Shown here: piece by piece, positions 20,916 through 30,184 of the stretch
Position numbering within the stretch: position 1 is the stretch's first letter
Layout of the letters: every line of letters begins with the position of its first letter
Source: Deltaproteobacteria bacterium
GTDB taxonomy: Bacteria; Desulfobacterota; Desulfuromonadia; Desulfuromonadales; JAAYDE01
Assembly: GCA_016926265.1 (NCBI GenBank)
Contig: JAFGOW010000038.1
Coordinates: forward strand, 12,964 to 76,963
Direction of reading: 5' to 3'
DNA: 64,000 nucleotides
The notes under the pieces: model-generated
Seen by the model: only the letters and a program-made list of their open reading frames with translations
Told to the model about the DNA's origin: nothing
Database searches by the model: none
Position numbers and translations under genes: made by a program

Positions 20916-20943
20916 TTGACTATTTCGCCCAAGCCGCTATCAT
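20916..20943 (+). promoter_or_regulatory. Putative sigma70-type promoter upstream of the 21015 ORF
   Basis: TTGACT - 16 nt - TATCAT, about 70 nt upstream of the ATG. Pattern match only. Confidence 0.3.
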
Positions 20944-21014
20944 GCCAGCATTTCTTCAAGCCTCGCGGGTGGACAGACACCCGGCCCCAGTCAACGGATT
21001 AAAGGAGATTTTAA

Positions 21015-21365
21015 ATGACCGAAACTGAAGGAAAAGCCAAACTTCAGATGTCCATGGATCCCAACAACCTGTACCGGGAGGAACTGATTACGGATTTCAA
21101 GGTCGGCAGGATTCGGCAGCTGACACCGATCCGGGTGGATGGCGGCCCCGACAAAAACCGGAAAATGGTCTTTATCGGCGAAACCCAGGTGCGGATCAGC
21201 AGCAACGATATCATTCCGGTGCAATGCGACATCCCCGCCAAAACGCTGATGGAAGCCATCGAGAAATTTCCCGAGGCCGTTCATTTGCAGATGGAAAGAA
21301 TGGTCAAGGAGGCGCAGGAACTCAAGCGCAAAAGCGAATCCCGCATCATCGTCCCCGGACAATAG
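21015..21365 (+). CDS. Hypothetical protein (116 aa), family not recognised
   Basis: AAAGGAG SD upstream of the ATG and coding-like codon usage. No motif I can name. Confidence 0.5.
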   Translation: MTETEGKAKLQMSMDPNNLYREELITDFKVGRIRQLTPIRVDGGPDKNRKMVFIGETQVRISSNDIIPVQCDIPAKTLMEAIEKFPEAVHLQMERMVKEAQELKRKSESRIIVPGQ

Positions 21366-21425
21366 GTGGGGGTAGGCGGTTTACCCTTTCCCAAAACATC
21401 AGAACGGAATTTGAGGAGGGCCGAT

Positions 21426-21731
21426 ATGAAAGTCATCGTTGATCTCTGCGTGGTGCCGATTCAAGGCGGAATTTCCGTATCCAAATACATTGCCGCCTGC
21501 GAGCGGGTTTTGAACGAAGCCGGTTTAAAGACCCAACTTCATGGTTATGGGACCAATATCGAAGGGGAATGGGACGCGGTGTTTGCTGCCATCAAACGTT
21601 GCCACGAAGTGGTTCATGAAATGGGGGCGCCCCGCATCTCCACCATTATCAAATGCGGAACCCGCGTCGACCGTGACCAGAGCATCGAGGATAAAATCCG
21701 CAGTGTCGAAGACAAGCTGAAAACACCCTGA
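21426..21731 (+). CDS. MTH1187/YkoF-family thiamine-binding protein (DUF77)
   Basis: The internal start MKVIVDLCVVPIQGGISVSKYIAACERVLNEAGLKTQLHGYGTNIEGEW has a GAGGAGGG SD. About 100 aa, with the typical family pattern (PxG...S.s.Y..., T.iEGe). Confidence 0.7.
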   Translation: MKVIVDLCVVPIQGGISVSKYIAACERVLNEAGLKTQLHGYGTNIEGEWDAVFAAIKRCHEVVHEMGAPRISTIIKCGTRVDRDQSIEDKIRSVEDKLKTP

Positions 21732-21762
21732 GTTCAATGGGGAGCGGAGAGGGGGGTACTGA

Positions 21763-22167
21763 TCACTCCTCAAAACTGATGTAATCGTCCTCGACGATCC
21801 GAAAGCGGGCGATCAGTTCTTCCAGGGGCACTTCGGTGCCTCCTTTTTCCAGCAACTCCTTGACCCGGCGGAATTGACTGCGGGCTTTTTCTGGCAAGCC
21901 CTGCCAGGCTTTGACTGTTTTGCGGCCACTGCCGTGTCCCTTGGATAATTTTGCCAATTTTAAAATCTGTTCGTACCCGTAATCGGGATCGAGATAGTTC
22001 CTGAGAATATATTTGGCCACCAGGTGACCGCAGGTGGCGCATTCCACGAACACCCGGTCGTGTTTCTGGCGTTCCAGGTAATGGCTGTTGCGCATTTCCC
22101 TGCCGCCGCATAAAGGGCACTTTTCCTGAACCGCCGCGTCCCCGATTTTTCCCTGGTCTTCTCCCAT
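21763..22167 (-). CDS. Hypothetical zinc-ribbon protein
   Basis: Start chosen at MGEDQGK (AAGGGAGGAA SD upstream) instead of 22248. Two Cys pairs, CPLCGG ... CATCGH. No family recognised. Confidence 0.45.
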   Translation of the reverse strand: MGEDQGKIGDAAVQEKCPLCGGREMRNSHYLERQKHDRVFVECATCGHLVAKYILRNYLDPDYGYEQILKLAKLSKGHGSGRKTVKAWQGLPEKARSQFRRVKELLEKGGTEVPLEELIARFRIVEDDYISFEE

Positions 22168-22248
22168 CCCCCATTCCTCCCTTTGGCAGGCTGCTGAACA
22201 AACCTTGCGCCTCGCCCAAAAGACCCAATACTGTTTTTCAGCAGCCAT

Positions 22249-23595
22249 TTAGAGACCCAGCAGCTTCCACCACCATGACCCCAGCGACATCATGAGCAGG
22301 GCGGAAAACAGAGAAATCAGAAACCCGGCCAGAGCCATCTCTTTCATGGTGACAATCCCCGAACCGTAAGCAATGGCATTCGGAGGCGTTGAAACCGGCA
22401 GGATCATGGTCGAAGAGACCACCAGGGCGACGCAGACCGCCAGCGACGGTCCAGGGATGGCGGGTATGATGAACGTCAGTGGAATGATCAGGTTGGCCGT
22501 GGCGGTGTTGCTCATGAAGGTTGTCAAAATCGCCCCGGTTAAAATGAATACCACCAGCAGGGCCAGGGGAGAAAGCTTGGCGAAAGGAATGGTTTGAACC
22601 AGAAAATCGTTCAACCCGCTTTTGTCCATCCCCGCGGAGAGTGCCAACCCCCCTCCGACCAGGAACAGAACGTCCCATGAAATCCTTTTGAAATCATGTT
22701 TGTCGAGGATCCCGAGACTCAGAAAAATGATGGCTGGAATCAGCGCCACGGTCCCAGGGGATAGTCCGTGCAGGCTGCTGGTCAGCCACAACAGGGCGGT
22801 GATGTGAAAGACAGCGATCACCATCAGGGTGGCACGGTTGAGATCGATGTGAAAACCGGGGTGGGTTGCGATGGCCGTTTGAGGGGGAGGATAAAGGATC
22901 AGCAGCAGTCCCCAGAGCAGGACCAACAGTAAAATAACGATGGGGCAGGAGACCGCCATCCATTTTAAAAAAGTCATCGAGCCGGGAAAATGGTTGTTGA
23001 TGGCCTGCATGGCGATGGCATTGGGCGGGGTTCCTACCGGGGTCATCATGCCGCCGAGGTTGGCCGCGAAGGGAATTCCAAGGAAAAAAGCCTTTGCAAA
23101 AGGATGGCCGGGCCCCAGGGGGCCGGCGATGGCGCCGACGATGAGTAGCATCATGGCTGTGGTGGCGGTATTGGACATCCACATGGAGAGGAAGGCGGTG
23201 GTCAGCATCAGGGCCAGCAGGACATGAGCGGGGCGGGAGCCGGCACCTTTCAGGATCATTTCAGCAAACCATTCGTCAATGCGGTATTTGTGGCCAGCCT
23301 CAGCCAGCAGCAATCCTCCCAGGAACAGAGCGATGATGTCGGAAAAGAAAGGTGCGAGGAAGGGCGCATGGCTGATATGGAGGGCCGGGGCCAGCAAAGC
23401 GGCCTGAAAAAAGAGGATCAGAAAGCTCGTGACATAAAGAGGGATGGCCTCGGTCACCCAGAGGAGCAGCGCCAAAAGAAAAATACCAGTTCCGATGCGT
23501 GTCGGCAGCGCCATCGGCAGGGGGAGCGCCATGGCCAGGGGCACCATGCCAATGGCGGTTGTCAGCAGCAAGCCGTTTTTTAAGGCTGGTTTCAT
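22249..23595 (-). CDS. SLC13/DASS-family anion:sodium symporter
   Basis: 448 aa polytopic protein. Duplicated hairpin motifs SNTATTAMM and SNTATANLIIP are typical of DASS permeases. Confidence 0.8.
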   Translation of the reverse strand: MKPALKNGLLLTTAIGMVPLAMALPLPMALPTRIGTGIFLLALLLWVTEAIPLYVTSFLILFFQAALLAPALHISHAPFLAPFFSDIIALFLGGLLLAEAGHKYRIDEWFAEMILKGAGSRPAHVLLALMLTTAFLSMWMSNTATTAMMLLIVGAIAGPLGPGHPFAKAFFLGIPFAANLGGMMTPVGTPPNAIAMQAINNHFPGSMTFLKWMAVSCPIVILLLVLLWGLLLILYPPPQTAIATHPGFHIDLNRATLMVIAVFHITALLWLTSSLHGLSPGTVALIPAIIFLSLGILDKHDFKRISWDVLFLVGGGLALSAGMDKSGLNDFLVQTIPFAKLSPLALLVVFILTGAILTTFMSNTATANLIIPLTFIIPAIPGPSLAVCVALVVSSTMILPVSTPPNAIAYGSGIVTMKEMALAGFLISLFSALLMMSLGSWWWKLLGL

Positions 23596-23872
23596 AACTC
23601 CATGCCCCAGGATTCCCTTACCCCTTCTTGCCGGAGAAAAAGATATTTTGAAAAGGTTGGGGAAAAGATGTACCGACTTCTATTACTAAAGCCGATTTTT
23701 GAAAATGGTCAAAAAAGTCGTTTTTTTTAAAGGCCGAATCCCCTTATCCTGTGGAGGTAAAAAAAGCGTGGATCGAGATCCGGATTCTTTGTGGGGATTC
23801 CGGTTCCCGGACGACGCAGCGGCATTCCGGGGTCCCAGTTCCTTTAATCCTGATTGCGAATAATATCTCTAT

Positions 23873-24997
23873 ATGAGGCTGTTTTTTTTCATTTTTATCC
23901 TGGTCTATCTGATGATGCACGGCGTTGTTTTCTGGGGGGTCCATCCGCTCCTCAGGGGCCATCGCGCTTTGCCGGTGCTCGCCTGGATCTGGATGGGATG
24001 CATGATTATCGCCCCCCTTTCCATCCGTTTTTTGGAACGGGGAGGGTGGCCCTTCATGGCGCGGGGATTGGCCTGGGTCGGTTTCAGTTGAATGGGGCTG
24101 CTCTTTTTTTCTTTCTGCGCCTTTGGCCTGGTTGGTTTCTGGGAATTGCTGATCCGGTTACTGCGTCTGGCTCATCCTTCCTTCTCCTGCCTTTCTTTTC
24201 ATGGCGCCACGAGCGCCGCTGTCATTTTGGTGATGGTGGTGTCCGCGGGGTTTTATGGATTCTTTGAAGCCACGGACCTGCGGGTGGAACGGGTTCGGAT
24301 GGTCACTCCGAAACTCCCTCCCGGTTCTCCCGTGGTGACCATCGCTCAGGTCTCCGATCTGCACCTGGGGCTGATCCATCGGGAGGAGGCGCTGGCCCCC
24401 ATCACCGCCCGCTTGAAGGAGCTGGCTCCGGATATGGTGGTGGCTACCGGGGACATCGTCGATGCCCAGATCAACCACCTCGAGGAACTTTCCGTTCTTT
24501 GGCGGGAGCTGCAACCGCCCCTGGGGAAATGGGCCGTCACCGGCAACCACGAATATTACGCCGGGCTGGAGCAGGCCTTGGATTTCCTGCATAAGAGCGG
24601 TTTTAAAGTGCTTCGCAACCAGTTGGAAATCGTTAACGATCGGCTGGCGGTGGCGGGGGTCGATGATCCCGTCGGGCGCCCCCAAGTGGAGGAAACGGAG
24701 GTTCTCGAACAAGCCCCAAAAAACCGTTTTATCGTTTTGCTCAAACACCGCCCCCGTTTTGATTCAAAAGCTCGCGGTCTCTTCGACCTCCAGCTATCCG
24801 GGCACGCCCATCGCGGCCAGATTTTTCCCTTCAATTTTTTTACCGCCCTGGAATATCCGATGCAAAACGGGCTTTATGAGCTTCCCGAAGGAGCCTTTCT
24901 TTATGCCAGCCGGGGGACGGGCACCTGGGGCCCCCCGATGCGGTTCGGCTCGCCGCCGGAGATCACCCTTTTCGAGATCGTGCCGCTCCCCCAATGA
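23873..24997 (+). pseudogene. Membrane-anchored metallophosphoesterase reading frame interrupted by a single in-frame TGA at 24089-24091
   Basis: ORFs 23873..24091 (72 aa, 2.5 TM helices) and 24092..24997 are in the same frame. They are separated only by the TGA, within ...GLAWVGFS*MGLLFFSFCAFGLVGF..., which is the middle of a predicted TM helix. Confidence 0.55.
24092..24997 (+). CDS. Metallophosphoesterase (calcineurin-like), catalytic part intact
   Basis: 301 aa. Motifs QVSDLHLG, ATGDIVD, VTGNHEYY and LSGHAHRGQ. Confidence 0.8.
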   Translation: MGLLFFSFCAFGLVGFWELLIRLLRLAHPSFSCLSFHGATSAAVILVMVVSAGFYGFFEATDLRVERVRMVTPKLPPGSPVVTIAQVSDLHLGLIHREEALAPITARLKELAPDMVVATGDIVDAQINHLEELSVLWRELQPPLGKWAVTGNHEYYAGLEQALDFLHKSGFKVLRNQLEIVNDRLAVAGVDDPVGRPQVEETEVLEQAPKNRFIVLLKHRPRFDSKARGLFDLQLSGHAHRGQIFPFNFFTALEYPMQNGLYELPEGAFLYASRGTGTWGPPMRFGSPPEITLFEIVPLPQ

Positions 24998-25119
24998 GGG
25001 CCGGCAATCAACCCTCTTCCGGTTGTTCCCTTCCTTGGCCGGCTCTTTTCAACCTCTCTGGTTTGTGGTAGATTCCCAACATTTTTGACGCCTACCACCC
25101 TCACCAAGGAGAAATCGCC

Positions 25120-25683
25120 ATGGCGACAACCGCCGATCTGAAACGCGGTCTGGTGATCCAAATCGACCATGCCCCCTGCTTGGTTCTGGATGTCTCAATC
25201 CAGTCTCCGTCGGCGAGGGGCGGCAACACGCTGTTCAAAACGAAATTCCGCAATCTTCTGACGGGACAGGTTTTGGAGAAAGCCTTCAAGGGCGGAGACC
25301 GGATCGAACCGGCCGACTTTGAAAAACGCAAGGGGCAATTCCTCTATCTGTCCGGGGAGGGAGGGGTTTTCATGGACCTTCTGAACTACGAACAGTATGA
25401 AATCTCGGGGGAAACCTTTGAAGAGATCCGCGGCTATCTGCTGGAGGGGATGGAGTTGCAGCTCGGGGTATTTCAAGGGAATGTGGTCAGCATCGATGTC
25501 CCGCTGACCCTCGAACTGAAGGTGGTGGAAACCGCTCCCGTCATCAAACATGCCACCGCAACCGCCCAAACCAAGGAGGCGCTACTGGAAACCGGGTTGA
25601 AGCTGCAGGTTCCTTCCTATCTGGAAGCGGGTGAAAAGGTCAAGGTCGATACCCGCGACGGACGCTTCATCTCCCGCGCCTGA
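25120..25683 (+). CDS. efpL: Elongation factor P-like protein EfpL (YeiP subfamily)
   Basis: 187 aa. DVSIQSPSARGGNTLFKTKFRNLLTG aligns with E. coli YeiP [26 protein letters not shown]. The loop tip is Arg rather than the KPGKG Lys of canonical EF-P. Confidence 0.85.
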   Translation: MATTADLKRGLVIQIDHAPCLVLDVSIQSPSARGGNTLFKTKFRNLLTGQVLEKAFKGGDRIEPADFEKRKGQFLYLSGEGGVFMDLLNYEQYEISGETFEEIRGYLLEGMELQLGVFQGNVVSIDVPLTLELKVVETAPVIKHATATAQTKEALLETGLKLQVPSYLEAGEKVKVDTRDGRFISRA

Positions 25684-25708
25684 ACCCGTTTCGCTCTTAT
25701 CCCAAAAG

Positions 25709-25737
25709 AAAAAGCCCCTTTCAAACAGGGGCTTTTT
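25709..25737. terminator. Bidirectional rho-independent terminator between convergent efpL and gltX
   Basis: AAAAAGCCCCT ttcaaac AGGGGCTTTTT, with A-rich and T-rich flanks on either side. Confidence 0.8.
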
Positions 25738-25753
25738 CTTTTCGACAAGGCTC

Positions 25754-27151
25754 CTATTTCAGCAGCGCCAAGGCGTTGCGGAGCCGTTCCAGGGTTTCCT
25801 CGCGGCCAAGCAGCGGGAGGATTTCGAAGACGCTGGGGCTGACTGTCCCTCCGGTGATGGCCACCCGGATCGGCTGGGCGACTTTCCCCATTTTGAGCCC
25901 CGTTTCAGCCATGATTTTCTCGACGCACTTTTCCACCGCCTCATGGGTGAAAGGCTCGCATTTTTCCAGAGCGCCGATGAGGGTCTCAAGCAGGCCGCGG
26001 TTGGCTTCCGTCAGGAACTTTTCGACGGCCGTTCCATCGAATTCGGGTGCTTTGCGGACCAGGAAAGCAGCGTTTTTGGCCATTTCCTCCAGGGTTTTGT
26101 CCCGCTCCTGAAATAGGCGGACCACAGCCGGGAGTTTTTCCGGATCGGCGACACCCAGCCCCATCCTTTCCAGCTGTTTTTGCAGGAGTGTTGCGAGCCG
26201 CGCCGGATCGCCGCTCTTGATGTAGTGGGAATTCAGCCACAGCAGTTTTTCGGGGTTGAAGACTCCCGCGGAACGCCCCACGTTTTCGAGGGAGAATTTT
26301 TCGATCAGCTCTCCCATGGAAAATATCTCCTGGTCGCCATGGGACCACCCGAGGCGGACCAGATAGTTGACCAGAGCCTCGGGAAGAAATCCCATCTCCT
26401 CGTAGGACATCACCGAGGTGGCGCCGTGCCGTTTGGAAAGGCGGGTCTTGTCGGCGCCGAGAATCATCGGGACGTGGGCGAAAGCGGGGAGGGGGGCGCC
26501 GAGGGCCTGGTACATGAGGATCTGGCGAGGGGTGTTGTTGACATGGTCGTCGCCTCGGATGACATGGGTGATGCCCATTTCGACATCGTCCACCACCACC
26601 ACGAAATTGTAGGTCGGGGTGCCGTCGCTGCGCTGGATAATGATGTCGTCCAGCTCGTCGTTCTGCACCGAGATGGGACCTTTGATGAGGTCGCTGAAGG
26701 TGGTGGCGCCGCTGTCCGGCGAGCGGAACCGCACTACGAAAGGAGTTCCCTCGGAGGCTTTCCCGCACTCGCGGCAGGTGCCGTCGTATTTGGGTTTTCT
26801 CCCTTCCGCCATGGCCCGTTCTCTTTTTTGCTCCAGTTCTTCCGGGGTGCAGTAACAGCGGTAGGCCTTCCCCTCCCGAAGCAGTTGCTGGACCTTGTCC
26901 TTGTAAAGGGAAAAACGCTCGCTTTGATAGTAGGGCCCTTCATCCCAGGACAGGCCCAGCCATTTCATCGCTTTGAGGATTTCATCGACCGACTGCTGGG
27001 TCGAACGGACGGTGTCGGTATCTTCAATGCGGAGGATGAAGGTTCCCTGCTGGCGCCGCGCAAAGAGATAGTTGAAAAGGGCGGTGCGCGCCCCGCCGAT
27101 ATGGAGGTAGCCGGTGGGGCTGGGGGCGAAGCGGACTCGAACGGTGGACAT
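25754..27151 (-). CDS. gltX: Glutamate--tRNA ligase
   Basis: 465 aa. [22 protein letters not shown] (HIGH region) and RLSKRHG (KMSKS-like). Confidence 0.95.
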   Translation of the reverse strand: MSTVRVRFAPSPTGYLHIGGARTALFNYLFARRQQGTFILRIEDTDTVRSTQQSVDEILKAMKWLGLSWDEGPYYQSERFSLYKDKVQQLLREGKAYRCYCTPEELEQKRERAMAEGRKPKYDGTCRECGKASEGTPFVVRFRSPDSGATTFSDLIKGPISVQNDELDDIIIQRSDGTPTYNFVVVVDDVEMGITHVIRGDDHVNNTPRQILMYQALGAPLPAFAHVPMILGADKTRLSKRHGATSVMSYEEMGFLPEALVNYLVRLGWSHGDQEIFSMGELIEKFSLENVGRSAGVFNPEKLLWLNSHYIKSGDPARLATLLQKQLERMGLGVADPEKLPAVVRLFQERDKTLEEMAKNAAFLVRKAPEFDGTAVEKFLTEANRGLLETLIGALEKCEPFTHEAVEKCVEKIMAETGLKMGKVAQPIRVAITGGTVSPSVFEILPLLGREETLERLRNALALLK

Positions 27152-27180
27152 GTCAGGCTCCGTTGAAAATGATGGGAAAT

Positions 27181-27210
27181 AAAAAAAGGAGGTCGCCTGG
27201 TGGGGCGACC
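27181..27210 (-). terminator. Rho-independent terminator after amrB
   Basis: Minus strand reads GGTCGCC ccacca GGCGACC followed by TCCTTTTTTT. Confidence 0.6.
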
Positions 27211-27249
27211 GCGCTTTTTATACTGCAATGCGGTGGAGGGGGCAAGCGA

Positions 27250-28053
27250 TTATTCGATGATGACTCCGGCGTAGCCGACCACCTGGGAATAGTCACGGGT
27301 GATATCCCCGGAGCTCCCGTAGTGGACCAGGGTGCCCCGGGTGGCGCCCAATTCCCGGGCGGCGGCCAGCATGACGGTGGTGGGCAGAACCCCGCACATG
27401 GAGATAGAGCCGCCGCGGACGGTCTGGTAAAGGCCGGCAGGGTCCAGCGAGAGAATGCGGTCGATGGCTTTGCGGTCCTTCTTTTCGGCATCGGGCCCCG
27501 GTTCGTAATGGGTCATGTCGGAGCTGACCACCAGAAGGGTTTGGTGCGGGTAACCGGAGATCACCGCGGCGAGATCTTGCCCAAAGTGGACCAGTTCCGC
27601 CGCGGACCCTCCTCCGACGCAGATGGGAACAATCTGGCACTCAGGAGCGAGGATCTGAATGAAGGGGAGCTGCACCTCCAGGGAATGTTCGAAGCGGTGG
27701 GCCGATTCATCCGCTTCGGCCCCGGCACAGCGGCTGACGATCAACTGGGAGAGGGCGGCGTCGACCGGGGTGTCGGCCAGCGGCGTCCGCCAAGCGCCGG
27801 AGGGAAAGACCGCCAAGGGGCGCCCCCGCCCGGTATGGTTGGGCCCCAGGAGGACAACCCGTTCGGGGATTTTGGCGCGCGCGAAGGTTTCGCCGGCAAT
27901 GGCTCCGGAATAGACATAGCCGGCGTGGGGAACGACCAACGCCAGAGCCTCCAGGCCCGGGGAGCAGGGTTTAAGATAAGCCCTGACAAGACGCTCCAGC
28001 TCACGGCAATCGGCTGGATAAAATTGACCTGCTACGACAGGGTTTCTCAGCAT
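27250..28053 (-). CDS. amrB: AmmeMemoRadiSam system protein B (Memo-like)
   Basis: 267 aa. NPVVAGQFYP, VVPHAGYVYSG and GPNHTG are typical of the Memo/AmrB family. Confidence 0.85.
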   Translation of the reverse strand: MLRNPVVAGQFYPADCRELERLVRAYLKPCSPGLEALALVVPHAGYVYSGAIAGETFARAKIPERVVLLGPNHTGRGRPLAVFPSGAWRTPLADTPVDAALSQLIVSRCAGAEADESAHRFEHSLEVQLPFIQILAPECQIVPICVGGGSAAELVHFGQDLAAVISGYPHQTLLVVSSDMTHYEPGPDAEKKDRKAIDRILSLDPAGLYQTVRGGSISMCGVLPTTVMLAAARELGATRGTLVHYGSSGDITRDYSQVVGYAGVIIE

Positions 28054-28078
28054 CGGAGGGCTGACTTTCGTGAGGGGG

Positions 28079-28906
28079 TCAAGAAAAAAACAGGGTGGTT
28101 GCCAGCATTCTCAACCCAACCAGGATCAAAACCACGGCGAATACCTTTACCAGCCTATCATGGCTGAAACGGTGCGCAACCTGGGCCCCCAACCTCGCGA
28201 AGAGGGTGGTGGAAGGGGCGCAGACGGCGACCACCAGATAGTTGACGTAACCCAGAGAGAAGGAGGGGAGGGCGGCGTTTCCCCAACCGTGAAACATGTA
28301 GCCAGCCATTCCGGTCAGACACGAGATGACCATGAGGGCGCTGGAACTGCCGATGGCTGTATGCATCGGGTGTTTCAGCGCCAGGATCATTAAAGGGAGC
28401 ACCACAACGGCGCCGCTGACCCCAAAGAAGGCAGCGAAAAATCCCCCGGCGAGGCCGACCAGAATCAGCGACCCGGCAGAACTGGATTCATGGCCCTTTT
28501 CGGGCAGGTGGGGGTGGGACAAAAAAATCCGCAGGGCGATGGCCACCAGCATCAGTCCGAAAAGGGCTTTGAGCCAGAGGCCCGGGGTTGCCGCGGCGAT
28601 TTTGGCTCCGGCGAGGGCTCCCAGAGCGCTCCCGATGGCCAGACGAAAAACCAGATGCCAATGAAGGTGACCGTTCCGGAGGTGGACCAGCGAGCTGCTG
28701 AGGGCTGTGGGAAGGATTATGGCCAGGCTGGTGCCGAAGGCGACATGAACCAGAATATCCGGGGAGACGCCGAAAAGCTCGAAGGCCCACAGAAACAGGG
28801 GGATATAGATAATGCCCCCGCCGAGCCCCAAAAGCCCGGCCAGAAAGCCGGCAAAACAGCCGATGAGGGCGAGAATGATGAGAATGGAAAAGGAAAATTC
28901 CGCCAT
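28079..28906 (-). CDS. TauE/SafE-family sulfite/anion exporter
   Basis: Polytopic protein with FLAGLLGLGGGIIYIPL and a second GG-rich repeat. ATG at 28906 (MAEFSF) is preferred over the TTG at 28915. Confidence 0.8.
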   Translation of the reverse strand: MAEFSFSILIILALIGCFAGFLAGLLGLGGGIIYIPLFLWAFELFGVSPDILVHVAFGTSLAIILPTALSSSLVHLRNGHLHWHLVFRLAIGSALGALAGAKIAAATPGLWLKALFGLMLVAIALRIFLSHPHLPEKGHESSSAGSLILVGLAGGFFAAFFGVSGAVVVLPLMILALKHPMHTAIGSSSALMVISCLTGMAGYMFHGWGNAALPSFSLGYVNYLVVAVCAPSTTLFARLGAQVAHRFSHDRLVKVFAVVLILVGLRMLATTLFFS

Positions 28907-28910
28907 AGGA

Positions 28911-28940
28911 ACCAAAACAAAAAGTCAGCCGTAGCTGACT
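28911..28940 (-). terminator. Short hairpin plus T-run 3' of tRNA-Cys, abutting the TauE start
   Basis: Minus strand reads AGTCAGC tacg GCTGACT followed by TTTTTGTTTT. The stem is 7 bp. Confidence 0.45.
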
Positions 28941-28975
28941 TGGAAGGACTTATTTTGGAAAGGGGAATTTTTTAT

Positions 28976-29049
<74 letters not shown>

Positions 29050-29078
29050 TTTGCTGCGTTCCCGCAAAAGCAGGCCTA

Positions 29079-29108
29079 TTGATAACAAACCTCAGGCGGG
29101 GCTGTCAA
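29079..29108 (-). promoter_or_regulatory. Putative sigma70-type promoter for tRNA-Cys
   Basis: Minus strand reads TTGACA - 18 nt - TATCAA, about 30 nt upstream of the tRNA 5' end. Pattern match only. Confidence 0.35.
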
Positions 29109-29185
29109 GAACAGAACAAAAGAAAACCCTGGTAGGAAAGATTTTTCCAGGTGCCAGGGAAAAGGGCCAAGGCTTTTCCAAAATT

Positions 29186-29983
29186 TCAGGGGTTCATTTC
29201 CTGAACCGCGATCCGGATCTGGATGGATTTTTTCTGGTGCGCTCTCCCTGTCGTCCAACGGAACGCGGAAATGGAATCGGAGCCGCTCGTGGTCTTGGTT
29301 TGGGCCAACTCCTGCCAGATATTTAAAGGAACCAGGACGGAAGTGGCGGCTTGATGAAACAGAATCCGCGGCGGTTGGTCCCCGCGGCTGTCTTTTTCGG
29401 CGATTTCCTCCTGGAAAGGCGTTATTTCCAGCCGAACCCCCTTTTTTAAAAGGGTCGGTTGCAGCCGAAAACCGGTGGCAACCGTTTGGTAGGCGACGGA
29501 TCGGGAATAGGCTGGATGCTTACCGCCCATTAGAGCCGTTTGACTGGAATAGGGTACTTCCTGCCCGGTCATGATGAACGCTTCCTCACCATCCAGGATT
29601 TGAATCCGTTGCTCGGTGGTCTGACGGGCGTTCCCCAGCCGCATCGAGACCTGGGAATGGCGTGCCCCCGCGCCGATGGAGACACCGGAAGGATTGGATG
29701 ACTGCCGAACCTCGATCAGCAGGGATTTTCGGGGGATGTCGATTGATTTCAGAAATTCGGCCACTCGCTGGAGCTCTTCTGGAACGGTCTTGACGACGAC
29801 CCGGTTGTGAACGGAGGTGACGCTCCCCTTTTCTCCCAGCAACTTACGGAGGGGTGGAAGGGCCTCCCCCGATGTAATATGGTGGAGTTCAAAGACCCTG
29901 ATCTCCTGAGGCGGAGCCGCCCAGGTGACATTCAGAGGAATTAATGGTAAAAGAAGGATCGCCAGGCGGAGAAAGGTTGTCAT
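29186..29983 (-). CDS. Exported short secretin-like protein (secretin N-type domain plus truncated secretin core)
   Basis: 265 aa with signal peptide MTTFLRLAILLLPLIPLNVTWA. IRVFELHHITSGEALPPLRKLL...VVVKTVPEELQRVAEFLKSID resembles NolW/secretin-N modules. RIQILDGEEAFIMTGQEVPY ... GFRLQPTLL..GVRLEITPFQEEI resembles the secretin C-domain core. Confidence 0.5.
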   Translation of the reverse strand: MTTFLRLAILLLPLIPLNVTWAAPPQEIRVFELHHITSGEALPPLRKLLGEKGSVTSVHNRVVVKTVPEELQRVAEFLKSIDIPRKSLLIEVRQSSNPSGVSIGAGARHSQVSMRLGNARQTTEQRIQILDGEEAFIMTGQEVPYSSQTALMGGKHPAYSRSVAYQTVATGFRLQPTLLKKGVRLEITPFQEEIAEKDSRGDQPPRILFHQAATSVLVPLNIWQELAQTKTTSGSDSISAFRWTTGRAHQKKSIQIRIAVQEMNP

Positions 29984-30184
29984 CGGGCCTCATTTTTCCT
30001 ATGTTGTCATCCGGGATGGGTATGCCGGTGGGGGACGATCTTGTTCTTTTTTCGACAGCCTGCCGAAAATATTTTAGGCCCATTTCGGAGTGGATGGCAA
30101 CCTCTGGAAATCTGGCCGGGCGGCCCCGGATCATCCGTTACCTGCCGATGAGGTCAGGCGGGACAAAAACAAAGGAGATGCACA

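Noticed and set aside
24089-24091. In-frame TGA in the metallophosphoesterase read as selenocysteine or recoded Trp
   Set aside because: It sits in a transmembrane helix rather than a redox motif. I saw no SECIS-like hairpin immediately downstream. TGA is used as an ordinary stop by many genes in the window.
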